Assembly (NCBI RefSeq): GCF_009914755.1
Contig: NC_060942.1
Length of the DNA stretch: 64,000 bases
From: the human T2T-CHM13v2.0 reference genome, Homo sapiens
Strand: one strand, 5' to 3'
Shown: piece after piece, positions 1-19,570 of the stretch
Layout: each line of letters starts with the position of its first letter
Numbering within the stretch: the stretch's first letter is position 1
Notes under the pieces: generated by a model
Database searches by the model: none
Told to the model about the DNA's origin: nothing
The model's input: the letters and a program-made list of their open reading frames with translations, nothing else
Program-made: the position numbers and the translations under genes

Positions 1-975
1 CTTCTTCCCCAATTCACCCAATGGCACCACCAACAATCAACACAGAAACCTAGGAGTCATCCTCAATCCTTCCTCTTTCTCTCCTTTACACCCTCCTGGT
101 TCTGGTCTGTTACCTAGTCTCACTTCCACTCCAAAATATACATCATATCTGTCCATCTTCACAGCCATAACTCCAGCTGAAACCAGCCTTGTCTCAACAG
201 CCTCACTGGTCTCCTTGCTCCACCCTCACCTACTTCAAATCTAGTTTCCACATCATAGCCAGGGTCAATCTTTTAAGAACATAAATGTACACATGCCACT
301 TCCTGCTTTAAAACCTTCGGCAACTTCACGTTGCACTTAGAATCCTTCCCAGGGCTTCCAGAGTCTGCACGATCTGGTGACTCCTGTCTATCTTTTTAAC
401 CTCATTTCTTCTTTCTCATCTTAGAGACTTAATCCATGCTGTTGCCTCTGCCTGGAACTCTCCCTGGCTCTTGCTTCCATGTCGTCGCCACACAGATAGC
501 TTCCCTATCACTCTATCTAAGTGAGGCTCTCCCTGTTATTCTCTCTCTTGGCATGCTGTTGACTTCCTTCAAAGAGCTCATCCTATTTTGTAATTATAGG
601 CTTAGTTGTCTATCTGTTTATTACCTGTCTCCCTCCTCCCCCAATACACACTGAAATGTAAGCTCCAAAGTTCGGGTAGCATCTTCTTTATCATCATGAC
701 CAATATCATCATTACCATGGCAGCAGCTGACATTTCTTGAGAGCCTACTCTGTGCCAGACACTTGACATTATCTTATTTAATCCTCAAAACAATCATAAC
801 AAGTAGATACTATTATTATCTCCATTTTACAAATGAGGACACTGAGGCATGGAGATGCTTAGGTTACTTGTCCAGAATTACACGCTAGCAATAGATAGTG
901 CCTGACATATAGTGCTTGGCATATAATAGATCTTCAACTTATTGATCAAATATATACTTTTGTTGAATAATTCAA
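1..975 (+). mobile_element. Degraded L2 LINE 3' portion, interrupted by an antisense MIR (~720-885)
   Basis: L2-like motifs aatggcaccacc...cagaaacctaggagtcatcct and 3' end gtgcctgacatatag...tgttgaataa; MIR core attattatctccattttacaaatgaggacactgaggc. Recognised by eye. Confidence 0.7.
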
Positions 976-1285
976 TGCACTTTTTCATGGGAACCCATGG
1001 GATAAATTTCTCTCAAACACCAGTATTAAGAAAAGTAATACTTCTAGTTTTATCCTACAAATACTGTGCATATTATAATATGTTGTGCTTTCTATCTTTG
1101 CCTTTACTGCTAGGATACTTAGAACCAATATGTTACACTCATCTGGATGAGTCACTCTGTGCCTCAATCTTATTAAGATCTTATTAAGAGAATCTTAACC
1201 TTATGCTCCCTTCTTGCTTGGCCTTTTCTATATTGTATGTGTTTTTGTAAGCCTCTCCAATCATTCATGGAATAAGGCAGGATAC

Positions 1286-3330
<2,045 letters not shown>

Positions 3331-4228
3331 CACACAATGAGCATTAAGTCTATTGGGCACTTGGATGATCCCACTTGTGCACAGTAATGTGGCTTTGCCA
3401 TCATGGACTGTGGTTGCCCTGGTGGCCTGCTGCAGGGAACTCAGGTCTCCTCCTAGCCAAACATCCTTCCATCATTACCCCTCCTTCACCTCCACTCCAA
3501 CGTCTCCTTCCCCTCTGCCCCTTCCAGTTCAACCTTCCCTTCAGATCAAGCATAAGTCTCGAGGAAGCCTTCCTAATTATTCCAGCTTCACTGATTTCTG
3601 TTTTTCCTGATCTTTTAAAGTACCTATTAAGCTCTTGACTCTGCCTATGTAGTCTTCTCTTTTCATGAATGCTTTTACCTCCACCTCTTGACTACTGTCA
3701 TCTTGGCTAATACAGGGAAGACCACAAGTCCTAGTCTCTGTGGATCCTCTAAGTACCTCAGCAACCCCTGCGCACAGTGACATGACACGTGAATGACACA
3801 ATTCCTGCTCTGAGGAAGCATCTCAAATTAGCTGAAAAAACAAAACATATATACAATAGTAGTGAAAGGCCAGTGCAAATACATGCTTAGGAGCTCAGAG
3901 GCTGTTGGAGACTTCAGCTGGGAGGGCCCTTCATTTAATTGATTGATTCAATAACCATGGATTGAGCACTTGCTACGTGCCAGGCACTGTGTCGGCTCAG
4001 ATGATATTTGATCTTTGAATTGGGTTTAAAGAGTGAGTAGAATTTGTGTTGCCAGAAAAAAGTAAGAATCTTGTCCCAAGCAAAAAGAAAAATGTGAAGA
4101 AATATAAGAGTGGAAAAGTGTGAAGTGTGAAAATAGACCAGCTTGGCCAATGGAGTGGAATTGTGTAACATCCAAAAGAATGATGCAGAACTACCTAGAC
4201 TGGTATGGAAAGATGTCTTACATATCTA

Positions 4229-6936
<2,708 letters not shown>

Positions 6937-7440
6937 GAGTGGAAAAAACAAATTTCAGTGCAGTGTGCTTAAGATAATTTCTTTTTGCAAATACATCTTA
7001 AGATATGTAACTAAAAAAAGAAAGCAGGGATATACCTGAAACTCTTGCTAGGAGTAATATCTAGGGGATGTGATGGCATGGGGTTCTCATTATGAAGTTC
7101 CATGGTTTTTGGATTTTCCCCAGCCAAGCATATATTGCTTCTGTAATGGCGGGGGTGGGGGGGTGGGGGGTGGAGGGGAGCTAAAATGAAAATTACTAAA
7201 TATTTTAAATATATAAGCTATAGAGTTTGGGCCAAATTTGGTAGGCAACAATGAGCCAGATATAAATATTGGATTTTGTAAAGCCTTAGAGGTTTTTAAG
7301 AACATTTATAGATATCTCAATAGCTCTTGATAACCGTTTGCAAATATCTTTTGCTGAAAGAGCAGTATGGAGGGGCCTGCATGATTCCTTTCCCAGGATC
7401 TACCTGAGAATCCTACAGCCCCCAAGCCCCTGCACCTTAC

Positions 7441-7631
7441 CTTTGCCTGGTGGATTAACAACTCCTTAATTGTAGAGGGAAGTACAGGGATTTCACAATT
7501 CAAAACAAAACAAACCAAAACCTCTGTGATAATTCCTGTATTTCTTCTTGTTTAAAACAGGAAGAGTGAGAGGTCTTTGGAAGTAATTCCTTTTCTTTCC
7601 TCATTCTTTTGACCCCTTTGCAGTAATTCCC
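7441..7631 (-). ncRNA. Candidate internal exon of a divergent (antisense upstream) lncRNA
   Basis: Minus strand: ~45-nt polypyrimidine tract ending ccttgttAG (7633-7632), 191-nt exon, donor AAG|GTAAGG (7440). No transcript evidence is available here. Confidence 0.4.
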
Positions 7632-8216
7632 CTAACAAGGCAGGGAGGGAGGAGGGAGGAGAGCAGAGGAGAGGAGGAGGCTTCTCCTCATATAGCCTTC
7701 CACCCCCAGCACATCTTCCCTCCCGCAAGAGCAGGCTCACGGGCTGAGAAAGTGTAGCTCACTTTATTCCAAATCTGTAAAACCAAATCAACTAACTCAA
7801 TTGACTCACTCAAGTGGAAAGAGATAAGAATGGGCATATGGATTCTAAACCAGAATCCCAGCCTGCCACAGTCAGCTGATCATTCAGGGGAGACAGTGAT
7901 TTTCCTGCCTCTGCTGGGCTGCAGAGCCTCATGCTGGAAAGCCTCCCTTCCTAGACTCCTCACCCTGACTCATGCAGGTTAGGGCTGGGGCCTGCCCTCC
8001 CGCCATATAGAACCAGCAATGTGGAGCTTAGAAGTGGGGAATACAGACCAATGGCAGCACTTAACCTGTCCTTCAACCTCTTTTCATTCCTTGTTCTCTG
8101 GGGTGGATTAGCTGGGGCAAAGGAAGGCCTAGAATTGAAAGGGTATAATCCACCAGCCCTGAGAAGTGAGTTCTAGATCAGAAGTTCACAAACTACAATT
8201 GTCCTTGTTATAACCC

Positions 8217-9040
<824 letters not shown>

Positions 9041-9515
9041 CTGTGGCTGGCTGAGAGACTCCACCCACTGACACATCTGTATCCGATTGAGGATTGGGAG
9101 TGAATCCTTTGAACTTTTCATTGAACCCTACTAAGAAGCTCTATCACATTGTTGTCAGACTCTCTCACTTGCAAAGATCAGAAAGTCTTCTGGTGAAATA
9201 AAATAGCCACTGCAGTGACCCCCGTGGCTCCCAGATTCCCAAATGGCCAACCATTTGAGATCCGGAACCACTTGATATTCACCTGAGGGCTCAACTACCA
9301 TTTGACCTTCCAGGTCCTGTCAAAGAGGATCTTTAATTTAAATGAAAAATAACTGTGTTACTTTTCTTATTATCAAATTAATACAAGCAAAGACATCAGA
9401 AAATGCAGACAAGCAAAAAGAAAAAAACATCATTAACAACAGACAACACTCCATCTCACTGAGATAACCACTAATACCATCATTATCTTTCCAGCACTTT
9501 AAAAATAACTCTAGT

Positions 9516-9812
9516 CCGGGCACCGTGGCTTGCACCTGTAATCCCAGCACTTTGGGAGGCCGAGGTGGGCAGATCACCAGGTCAGGAGTTCAAGACCAGC
9601 CTGGCCAACATAGTGAAACCCCATCTCTACTAAAAATACAAAAAATTAGCCGGGCGTGGTGGTGTGCGCCTGTAATCTCAGCTACTCGGGAGGCTGAGGC
9701 AGAAGAATCTCATGAACTCGGGAGGCGGAGGTTGTAGTGAGCCGAGATGGCAGCGTTGCACTCCCGCCCAGGTGAAAGTACAAGACTCTGTCTCAAAAAC
9801 AAACAAACAACA
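9516..9812 (+). mobile_element. AluS
   Basis: Full dimeric Alu with (CAAA)n tail. Confidence 0.92.
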
Positions 9813-9919
9813 ACAAAATTAATTATTCAAAAACTATGCAGTACTTTAAAATTTTTTATGTATCATGAATATCTCTAGTCACAATATTCATCTGCAACAC
9901 TAATTGTCATAGTGTGATC

Positions 9920-10365
9920 TGGGGCTGCTAGGGAGGGATCCCAAGACATTTTCAGGAGGTTGTGAGCTCAAAATTATTTTAATTTTAATTCTAAGGCATT
10001 ATTTGACTTTTCACCCTCATTCTCTCACAAGCAGAAACTACATAATACATGATACTGCAACAGTTTGAATACAGAAGCAGATATAAAAACAGTGGCTATT
10101 AAGTTTGATGTTAAAGGCAATAGCAAAAATCTAAAACCACGCTGTTCTTCCTACTGTTTTAAAATATATACTTATTTTTCATTAAATATTTGTTATCATA
10201 TAATGGGTTTGTTATTTTTAAATGAAATAATGAATATGTAAAAAATTGTTTTAATTTTGAAAGTATTAACAGATGTAGCACACATACACAAAACCTCTTT
10301 GGCATGCTCCATAATTTTCAGGAGTGTAAAGGGATTCCGAGACGAAAAAGTTTGAGAACCTCTGA
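9920..10365 (-). mobile_element. hAT-Charlie-type DNA transposon relic
   Basis: Terminus gagtgtaaagggattccgagacgaaaaagtttgagaacctctg resembles the reverse complement of a Charlie1-type end. Confidence 0.6.
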
Positions 10366-10761
10366 TCTGCGGTATCACTTTTTAATGGCTGAATTAGTGC
10401 ATTGATCGGAAGTTTCCTAATTCACTTAACTAGTATATAATGCCAAGAATAAGATTCTTATACTTAAATTTGGGTATACCCTTAATTATTTCTCTAGGAT
10501 AATTTTCAAGGATGATTTTTAAAACCCATATTTATTGTACAAAAGTGGGCTAACATCAGTAATGCAATCCACCCCCAGCCAATCAGCTGTTTTCATTCTG
10601 TTTCCTTCCAATCAACAAAGGTGGGTGGTAGGCATTTACGATTTACCAGCATAAGGGTTTGACACTAGGTCATCATTTCCAAGGGAAGGTGCCCCGCGGA
10701 CGGTCTGGTCTAGCGGGCTCTAACTTAATCACCCTGGAATCTTCTTTAAAAAGCAAATTCC

Positions 10762-11058
10762 GGCCGGGCACTATGGTTCACACCTGTCATCCCAACGATT
10801 TAGGAGACCGCGGTGGGAGGATCGCTTGAGCCCCGAAATTTGAAACCAGCTTGGGCAACATAGCAAGACCTCCATATCTACAAAAAAATAAAATATTAGC
10901 CAGGCGTGGTGGTGCGCGCCCGTAGCCCCAGCTACTCGGGAGGCTGAGGCGGGAGGATTGCTTGAGCCTAGGAGGTGGAGGCTGCAGCGAGCCTGATGTT
11001 GTCACTGCCCTCCAGCCTGGTGAGAGTGAGACCTTGTCTCAAAAGAAAAAAAAAAAAA
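10762..11058 (+). mobile_element. AluJ with unusually high CpG retention
   Basis: J-type diagnostics (gggaggatcgcttgagccc, gaggctgcag); about 13 CpGs counted. Confidence 0.9.
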
Positions 11059-11119
11059 GCAACCCAGAGTTGTGGGAAAGAACTGAGTGTCATTCTCAAT
11101 GTTTTTAACCTACGTGCTA

Positions 11120-12570
11120 ACCGCGCACCTTCTACCTAGGCTGCGCGACCTCCGCGCCCGGATCCATGGCGCCCCCTCTTCTCGACTCCCGATGCAGAGC
11201 TCCGATGCAGAGCTCAGCGCCAGCCACTCACAAGGAGCCTGGCAAGTTTTATCGAATTGGTGAACGAAGTTCGAAAGCTCTACCCTCGGAGATCCTTATT
11301 CAGTAGGTCTGAGGTAGACCTAGGAAACGCGCATTTTATATAAATCCTACCTCTGACGGCAAACGACAAGGGGTTCACGTGCCAGCTCTCCTCGGCGACG
11401 CGCTAGGCTACTCAGCGCCCCGAGCCTCGGCCTCGCATCGCTAGAACCCGGCCATGGCCGCTTCCTTACAGGGCAGCTGTGAGGAGTCCTGAGGAATTTT
11501 AGTACACGGCATATCCTCAGCGTAGTGGCTAGCACATCACAAGGCTTTAATCTTAACACTGTTGATCTTAACACTGCAACTGAGGGGGCCCGGAGAATGG
11601 GCCTGACAGGAGGGTCTGTCGGAACCTGAGGGACTGGGGATCCCGGTGCGGAGAAGCGCGAAGGGAAATCGCGTTGAGCAGCTGGGGTGGGTGCGCCTGG
11701 GGGCGTGGCCTGCGGGCCGGCGGGCGGGCGGGAGCCTGCGGTGGAGGCGTGGCACGAGGGAGGGGCGAAACCGGGTGGCGCGGAGGGGGCGTGGCGTTGG
11801 GAGGGGCGGGGGGAGTGGGCGGGGCCGAGATGGGGGCGTGCGCGCTGACAGGAGCGCCGGGGGAGTGAGAGACGCCTCCTGGCGGGAGCTGGCGGCTGTG
11901 GACCCCAGCGGGGGCGGAGGGGAAGAGGGGAGCAGGGGCGGGGAGCAAGGAGCCGGGAGGAGGGCGGCGGGCGGGCCTGTCTCTTTAAGGTGCCCGAGGC
12001 TCGCGGGCGCTGCGCTGAGGGGACGGCGGGAGGCGCGGCCTGGCCTCGCACTCAAAGCCGCCGCAGCGCGCCCCGGGCTCGGCCGACCCGGCGGGGATCT
12101 AGGGGTGGGCGACTTCGCGGGACCGTGGCGCATGGTGAGTGGGAGCGGCTGGGGGGTTGTGCAGCCTCTTGGCCTCTTGGTTGGGAAGGGGCCGGGCGCC
12201 GAGCTCGGCCCTCTAGAGGCCCGGGGCCGCGGCGAGCTTCGCGGGGGCCGGGAGAAGCCTGGGCCCGGCTGGGCGGAGGACAAAGTGGCGGTGCTGGGCG
12301 CGGGCGCACAGGCCGGACGCCGGGAGCCAGCAGCATCTCTGCGCCGCTTTGGTCCAGACCATCTCTGGGCCGGCCCGCGTCCTCCGCAGCCCGCGTCGGC
12401 CGAGCCGGGGTGGGGGTGGTTCCGGGTGCCCGGTCCCCCGCACCGCTACCGGCCTCTGCCTCGCGGGGCGTCCGGCGCCTTCGGGGCCCTGGCACCGCTC
12501 TACAGAGGCTCGGCTCTGCCCTGGTCGCTGTCAGTGCCATCTCCCTTAACGAGAAACTTGGGCGTGATGT
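11120..12570. promoter_or_regulatory. CpG island promoter of TWSG1 with multiple GC boxes, an E-box CACGTG (11376-11381) and G-rich tracts
   Basis: Very high GC and CpG density relative to the flanks; repeated GGGCGG/GGCGTGG; overlaps exon 1. Confidence 0.93.
11990..12134 (+). other. TWSG1: TWSG1 exon 1 (5' UTR; start approximate)
   Basis: Consensus donor ATG|GTGAGT at 12134/12135 inside the CpG island upstream of the coding exon. The TSS cannot be fixed from sequence alone. Confidence 0.8.
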
Positions 12571-13324
12571 ATGCGAAACAATTTTGATGCATGATGGTTT
12601 CTAACTCCTTAGGAAAAGATAAGTCCTTTAATTCTATTACCTGATTTCGACATGGTCGTAGTTACTTGAATACTTTTTCCAGTGAAATTTGGGGAGTAAG
12701 ATGAATTTGTGGAACATTTCATAAGACAACCGTAAAAGATGGGAAAGGGGGGAAATCCCAGTTTTCATGGTTGTAGGATGAAAACTAGTTCCACGACAGT
12801 TAGTCTCCAAATAACCTTATTTGGCCTCCGCAAATATGTACTGGTTGCTCCAGAAATCATCCTACTTGGTATGCGGCGTTAGATACATTAGAAAATTAGT
12901 TACTAACGGTCTTTAGGGAATGCTTTGTGAGCCTCAGTAACGATCACCAGGGTTTTCTCTTTCAAAATTGACTCATACCAGGTCCAAAGCCCTTTATTCT
13001 TTTCACCCTTTTATTATTTTTCCTTTAATGTACTTTGTAACACTTAGAATAAAAGTTTAGAGTAATCATAAATGCCCCCATAAACTCACTATTTATCCCT
13101 CTTACGTCAGTAGTCATTTATTTTAATTTATTATGTTTGATAGGGAGGTGTTTTAACCTGAAGAAATGATATCTTCCCGTATTTAAAGTTTAATAACTGT
13201 ATACTGTTTGGCCCCTGTCAGACTGTGTTTGTGCTAGTCTTTTTTCCTTCTTCTTTTTGAACTGTAGTATCTTCTTAATAACTTTGAAGAATGTGTGGTA
13301 CTAATAGAATTAAAAGAATATCTT

Positions 13325-13631
<307 letters not shown>

Positions 13632-14124
13632 TCACATTCTAATAATTACCTAGAGTTTTTAATGCAATTAGTAATTAAACAGCCTTTTGTTATTTGCTCA
13701 ATTATTTAAGAAGTGACTCTGTGGACTCTACTTCTTGCTTTGAGCTGCTTTATTCTGTCTAAATAAGCCTGAATAATTTCCATTTAAAATTTTGTTTTGA
13801 TTCTAAGAATTAAAATTAAATATCTTAAAATTATAATACAATATTAATAGTTTTATATGGGCTTACAGTTGAATAATGGACCTAAAATTAAAGTTGAATA
13901 GTAGCAGTGCAGTATTGAAGCTAGTTATTTGCCTGATATACTCTCAAGTTACTGAGGGTTTAGATATACTCACTCTACTTTCACAGTCACCATTTCTGGA
14001 TAGTCTGAGGAACTGTAGAGTTCTAGGTCCTTGAAGATGGCTATGAAGCCATTATTATACAAAATTATTGTTTATTTTTGAATGTTTATATAATCTTTCA
14101 TTGAGAATGATCTTTAAATGATCA

Positions 14125-14298
<174 letters not shown>

Positions 14299-14443
14299 GT
14301 ATATTGACACAAACAATGAGTCTTAGTTTATGTTTTGTTTCTCATTTTTATATTTGTTTTTACCCTAGCACTTGCCTTTGAATTAAAGTTGTGTTTGTTT
14401 GTTTAGTTTCCTGGGAGTTACTGATCATCTTCTTTGAAGAAAC

Positions 14444-14566
14444 ATGAAGTTACACTATGTTGCTGTGCTTACTCTAGCCATCCTGATGTTCCTGACATGG
14501 CTTCCAGAATCACTGAGCTGTAACAAAGCACTCTGTGCTAGTGATGTGAGCAAATGCCTCATTCAG
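14444..14566 (+). CDS. TWSG1: TWSG1 coding part of exon 2 (exon 14407-14566): signal peptide and start of the Cys-rich domain, aa 1-41
   Basis: MKLHYVAVLTLAILMFLTWLPESLSCNKALCASDVSKCLIQ recognised as the human TWSG1 N-terminus; acceptor gtttgtttag at 14406, donor CAG|gtagga at 14567, phase 0. Confidence 0.98.
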
Positions 14567-14944
14567 GTAGGACTAAGAGTACTTTTATTAATATCAAAAT
14601 ATATTGTAGAGCAGAAACATTATGTTTATATACAGATATAGAGTGCATATATCATATAGAGTAAGACCTGAGTATTGGGTCAGGGCCTGAGGTACTGAAT
14701 CATGACACACAGGTCTGGATTTTTACCCTCATAGCAATCAATATATATAGGCAAGGTTAGATTCAAGAAGTTCAATACTGAGTATAATATCCTGTTGTAT
14801 AAACATGTCATTACAAGGTGATGAGCACTCTATTCAGATGATTTAATCTGTGTAATCTAATTAACATAGCAAAGAGGTTCAATGAATGTATTTAGAAAAA
14901 AAATTAGCTGGTCAAATAATAGATAAATTGTTACCCTAAGTATG

Positions 14945-15140
14945 ATGTATTAGTTGTCCATTGCTATGTAACAAATTACCCCAAAACATAGCAACTTAGT
15001 GCAATAAACATGTATTATTTCATGCAGTTTCTGAGGGCCTGGAATCTGGGAGCAGTTTAGCCAGGTGGCTGTGGCTTAGGGTCTCCCACAATGTTGCAGG
15101 CAAGTTGTTGGCTGGGATTGGACAATCTGCTTTCAAGATA
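14945..15140 (-). mobile_element. MLT1-family LTR fragment
   Basis: tgtattagtt...attgctatgtaacaaattaccccaaaac...ggaatctgggagcagtttagc. Confidence 0.7.
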
Positions 15141-16108
15141 CTTCGAAGTTATATCTCTTCCAATCATCAAGGCAGGCCTCTTAATGTAGCCACCACTCTC
15201 ATTTTTCTGGGGAGAAAAGTAAGAGGAAGTAATGTGGCTAAGTTAACAGGCTCGTATTGAACTCCTGATTAGCTTCCTTTCTAGTTGCAGGCTGTGCACT
15301 CAGAAATTCAGTAGCCACACACATTAGCATTCTATGTAAAGTATGAGTCAGCTAACATGACTGTAACCCTCACTTGAGAGTAATTGTGTATATGTGCTAG
15401 AGTGACAATTGTTTTTATACATCAGAAGCATTTTGTGCTTATTTCTGACATTTTGGTCCTTCTCGCTAATAGTTGGAATTCTACTTGCCCCCATTTCGTA
15501 CTCTGATAACCCTAACTTTGCATTTCAAACCAAAACATTTAACTAGAGAAGTGTGTTTGCTGTTCAGTTTTTAACTTTTTCGCTGTGGACATTTTCAGGT
15601 ATAAAAGGAGAAGAATATAATGAACCATCCATGAGTAGTTACTGCAGTCACTACCTCATGGCTACTCTTATTTTATCTATACCCTCCTACATTATTCACT
15701 CCCAGCTGTTTTAATTTCAAGCAAATCCCTTGATACTGTTTTGTTGATAATTCTAATATGTATCTCTAAAAGAGAACTCTTTACCAACATAGCTATTAGA
15801 CCAATTTTACAGTTTAAAAATTAACACTAATTCTTTAATCACCTAATTTTGTATGTGGAAATCTTAATAAGGCACGCCTGCTTAGGCTTGTGTTGGCTGG
15901 AAACTTTGTGTCTGCAAATGAAGCCCAGTTTTGTGCTATGGTCAGATGAGGAGTCTGTGGTACCTCCCAGATTGTTTCAATGTAGCTTCATTATTCATTA
16001 TTCACAATAAAGTCTCATAACATTTGCTGTATTCATGTTTAGATGGAAATTCTCTTAAATTCCAAATTATATTCTTGACTCTTCAACTCTATAACTTGCA
16101 TTAGTTCA

Positions 16109-17650
<1,542 letters not shown>

Positions 17651-17764
17651 TCACAAACATTTATTGAGTGTTGAAATGAAATGTGATTAGTTCCACTCTT
17701 CACCTAGTTTTGTGGACTCCCAAACTCTAGCAGATTATTTCACATTCTGATCTTTAGTTTCCAT

Positions 17765-18460
17765 GTGTTCCTCTTACTATGGCTGTGTGGCAAACCACCC
17801 CAAAAACCAGTGGCTGGAAACAGCATTTATTTTGCTCACGAATTTGCATTCTGAGCAGGGCTCTGCGGAAGAGTTCATCTCTGTTCCACGTGGCATTAGC
17901 AAGGCGGCTTGAAGGTGGTGGGGGTGGAATTATCTGAAACAGCACTATAGATAGAGCTTTCTGCGATGATGGAAAAGATCTACATCTACCCTGTGCAATA
18001 CAGTAGAATCTAGCCATACGTGGCTACCAAGTACTTGAAATGTGACTAGTATGGCTGAAAATCTGATTTTAAATTTAATTCAATTTCAATTTCATTAGCT
18101 GCATAGCTGCATATGACTAGTGGCCACGTATTGGACATTGAAAATCTGAAGGCTCACTGATAAAGTCTAATACCTGGGCTGGGAAGATTCTTCAGGTATA
18201 CGTCTCTTCCTGACTTCTCCTCCCCTTCCTCCCTTCTCTATCCCCATCTCCCTCCCTCTCTCCCTTTCACTCTCTCTGTGTATATATGTGTGTGTCTCTG
18301 TGATCCTGCTATATGATCTCTCCTGCAGGTCCACCTGGATTTAAGTGGAGGGAACATAGGCCCCACCTCTGTTGGAGGAGTGACAGTGTCATGTTGTAAG
18401 CTGAACATGTGGATGGGATATAATGGTGTGGCCATCTGTGGAAAATACACTCTGCCACAT
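17765..18460 (-). mobile_element. MLT1-family LTR with an internal MER3-like hAT element (~17940-18140)
   Basis: caaaccaccccaaaaaccagtggc...; MER3-like agctttctgcgatgatggaaa...gtggctac...acttgaaatgtgactagt. Confidence 0.65.
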
Positions 18461-19341
18461 ATAAACTGTAAAGTGAATTGGCTGGCTAGGTGAGCTCAAA
18501 ATTTTCTTCTAGTTCTAGGCAGTTTTAAAGAAAGAAACCAACTAGTATGTGTCAAATGTTCTCTTTTTTTCATCAGAGTAATAAATTATTAAATTATTAG
18601 AAGGCTACATAGTGAAAAATTGAATCTCTTGATCTAATTCTCCCTACTCATTCTATTACCCTGGGAAAACCGCTTTTAATCTAACTCTTATATTTTTACT
18701 TCTGTTAGTAATTTTTAGCCATATGCCTAAATAATATGCTTGTACTACTATTTCTTGATTCATCAGTTTTAGATGTTATATATCTAAAATTGCCTTTCTG
18801 CTATAACAGATAAGGTCATAGCTCATCATGTCATCCTTCCCACTCCTGCCCTGCCACACTTGTATCACAGTTTTGAGTTTATCTCTTGGTTATTTTTTCA
18901 ATTTCTTCAATATATTTAAGGTTTTCTATTCTGTTCTATCAACTGGAGACACTATCTCTTTATTCCTGATGTAAGTGGAGAATATTAATAGTCCTTTCCT
19001 TTTAAAGTTTATTTTATTTTATTATTTTTTTTTTTTAGCAATGAGACAGACTATAAGTGAGTTTTAAGAACAGTGCATTTCTTGAGGGAATTGAAGAGAG
19101 GGTTTGTTTGGGTTCCAGTCTTGGGAGATCATGTGAAGCTACCATGTTTAACATCATAGAAAGCAAAGAAATCAGTTTTTTCCCTTGCATTTATGAGTAC
19201 TGCCCTTGAAATTTTCTACTTTTGGCATTCTGATGGGCTACTTTTGGAATTCTGATGGGCTGCATCAAAATCTGTGGGGAACGGAGTGTTACCTGTACTT
19301 TTACTTTTATATTGTCAAGGTTGATAACATCTACATTCTGA

Positions 19342-19570
19342 GAGGCTGCATAGTATAATGGTTAAGAGTATGAACTCTGGAACCAGGCTATCTGAATTTG
19401 GATCCAGTTCTGCCACTTACTGGTTGTATGACCTTGGGCAAGTTAGTTAATCTCTCAATGCCTCAATTTCCTCATCTGTAAAGCAGGGATAATAACCATA
19501 CTGTGCGAGTATTGTGAGGATTAGGTGTAAAGTATTTAGAGCAATGCCTGGCACGTGAGTGCACTATAGG
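19342..19570 (+). mobile_element. MIR, near full length
   Basis: gcatagtataatggttaagagtatgaactctgg...ctgccacttact...gaccttgggcaagtta...cctcaatttcctcatctgtaaa. Confidence 0.88.

Noticed and set aside
11518-11545. agcgtagtggctagcac resembles a tRNA A-box/D-arm
   Set aside because: No downstream B-box (GTTCRANNC), cloverleaf or acceptor stem.
11168-12478. GGCGCC sites as possible SMAD1/5 BMP-response elements (feedback on TWSG1)
   Set aside because: None shows the GGCGCC-N5-GTCT composite, and the hexamer is common in CpG islands.
11347-12604. Long overlapping ORFs (up to 313 aa) on both strands of the CpG island, including a 151-aa ORF from the exon-1 ATG into intron 1
   Set aside because: Low-complexity G/R/P/A translations are expected from stop-poor GC-rich DNA; no recognisable domain; a consensus donor interrupts the ATG-initiated one.
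14567-14641. Tail of the 65-aa ORF (VGLRVLLLISKY...)
   Set aside because: Intron 2 read-through beyond the CAG|gtagga donor; the frame continues in exon 3.
15343-15352. ATGAGTCAGC AP-1/ARE-like motif
   Set aside because: Short motif with several similar chance occurrences in the window and no supporting context.
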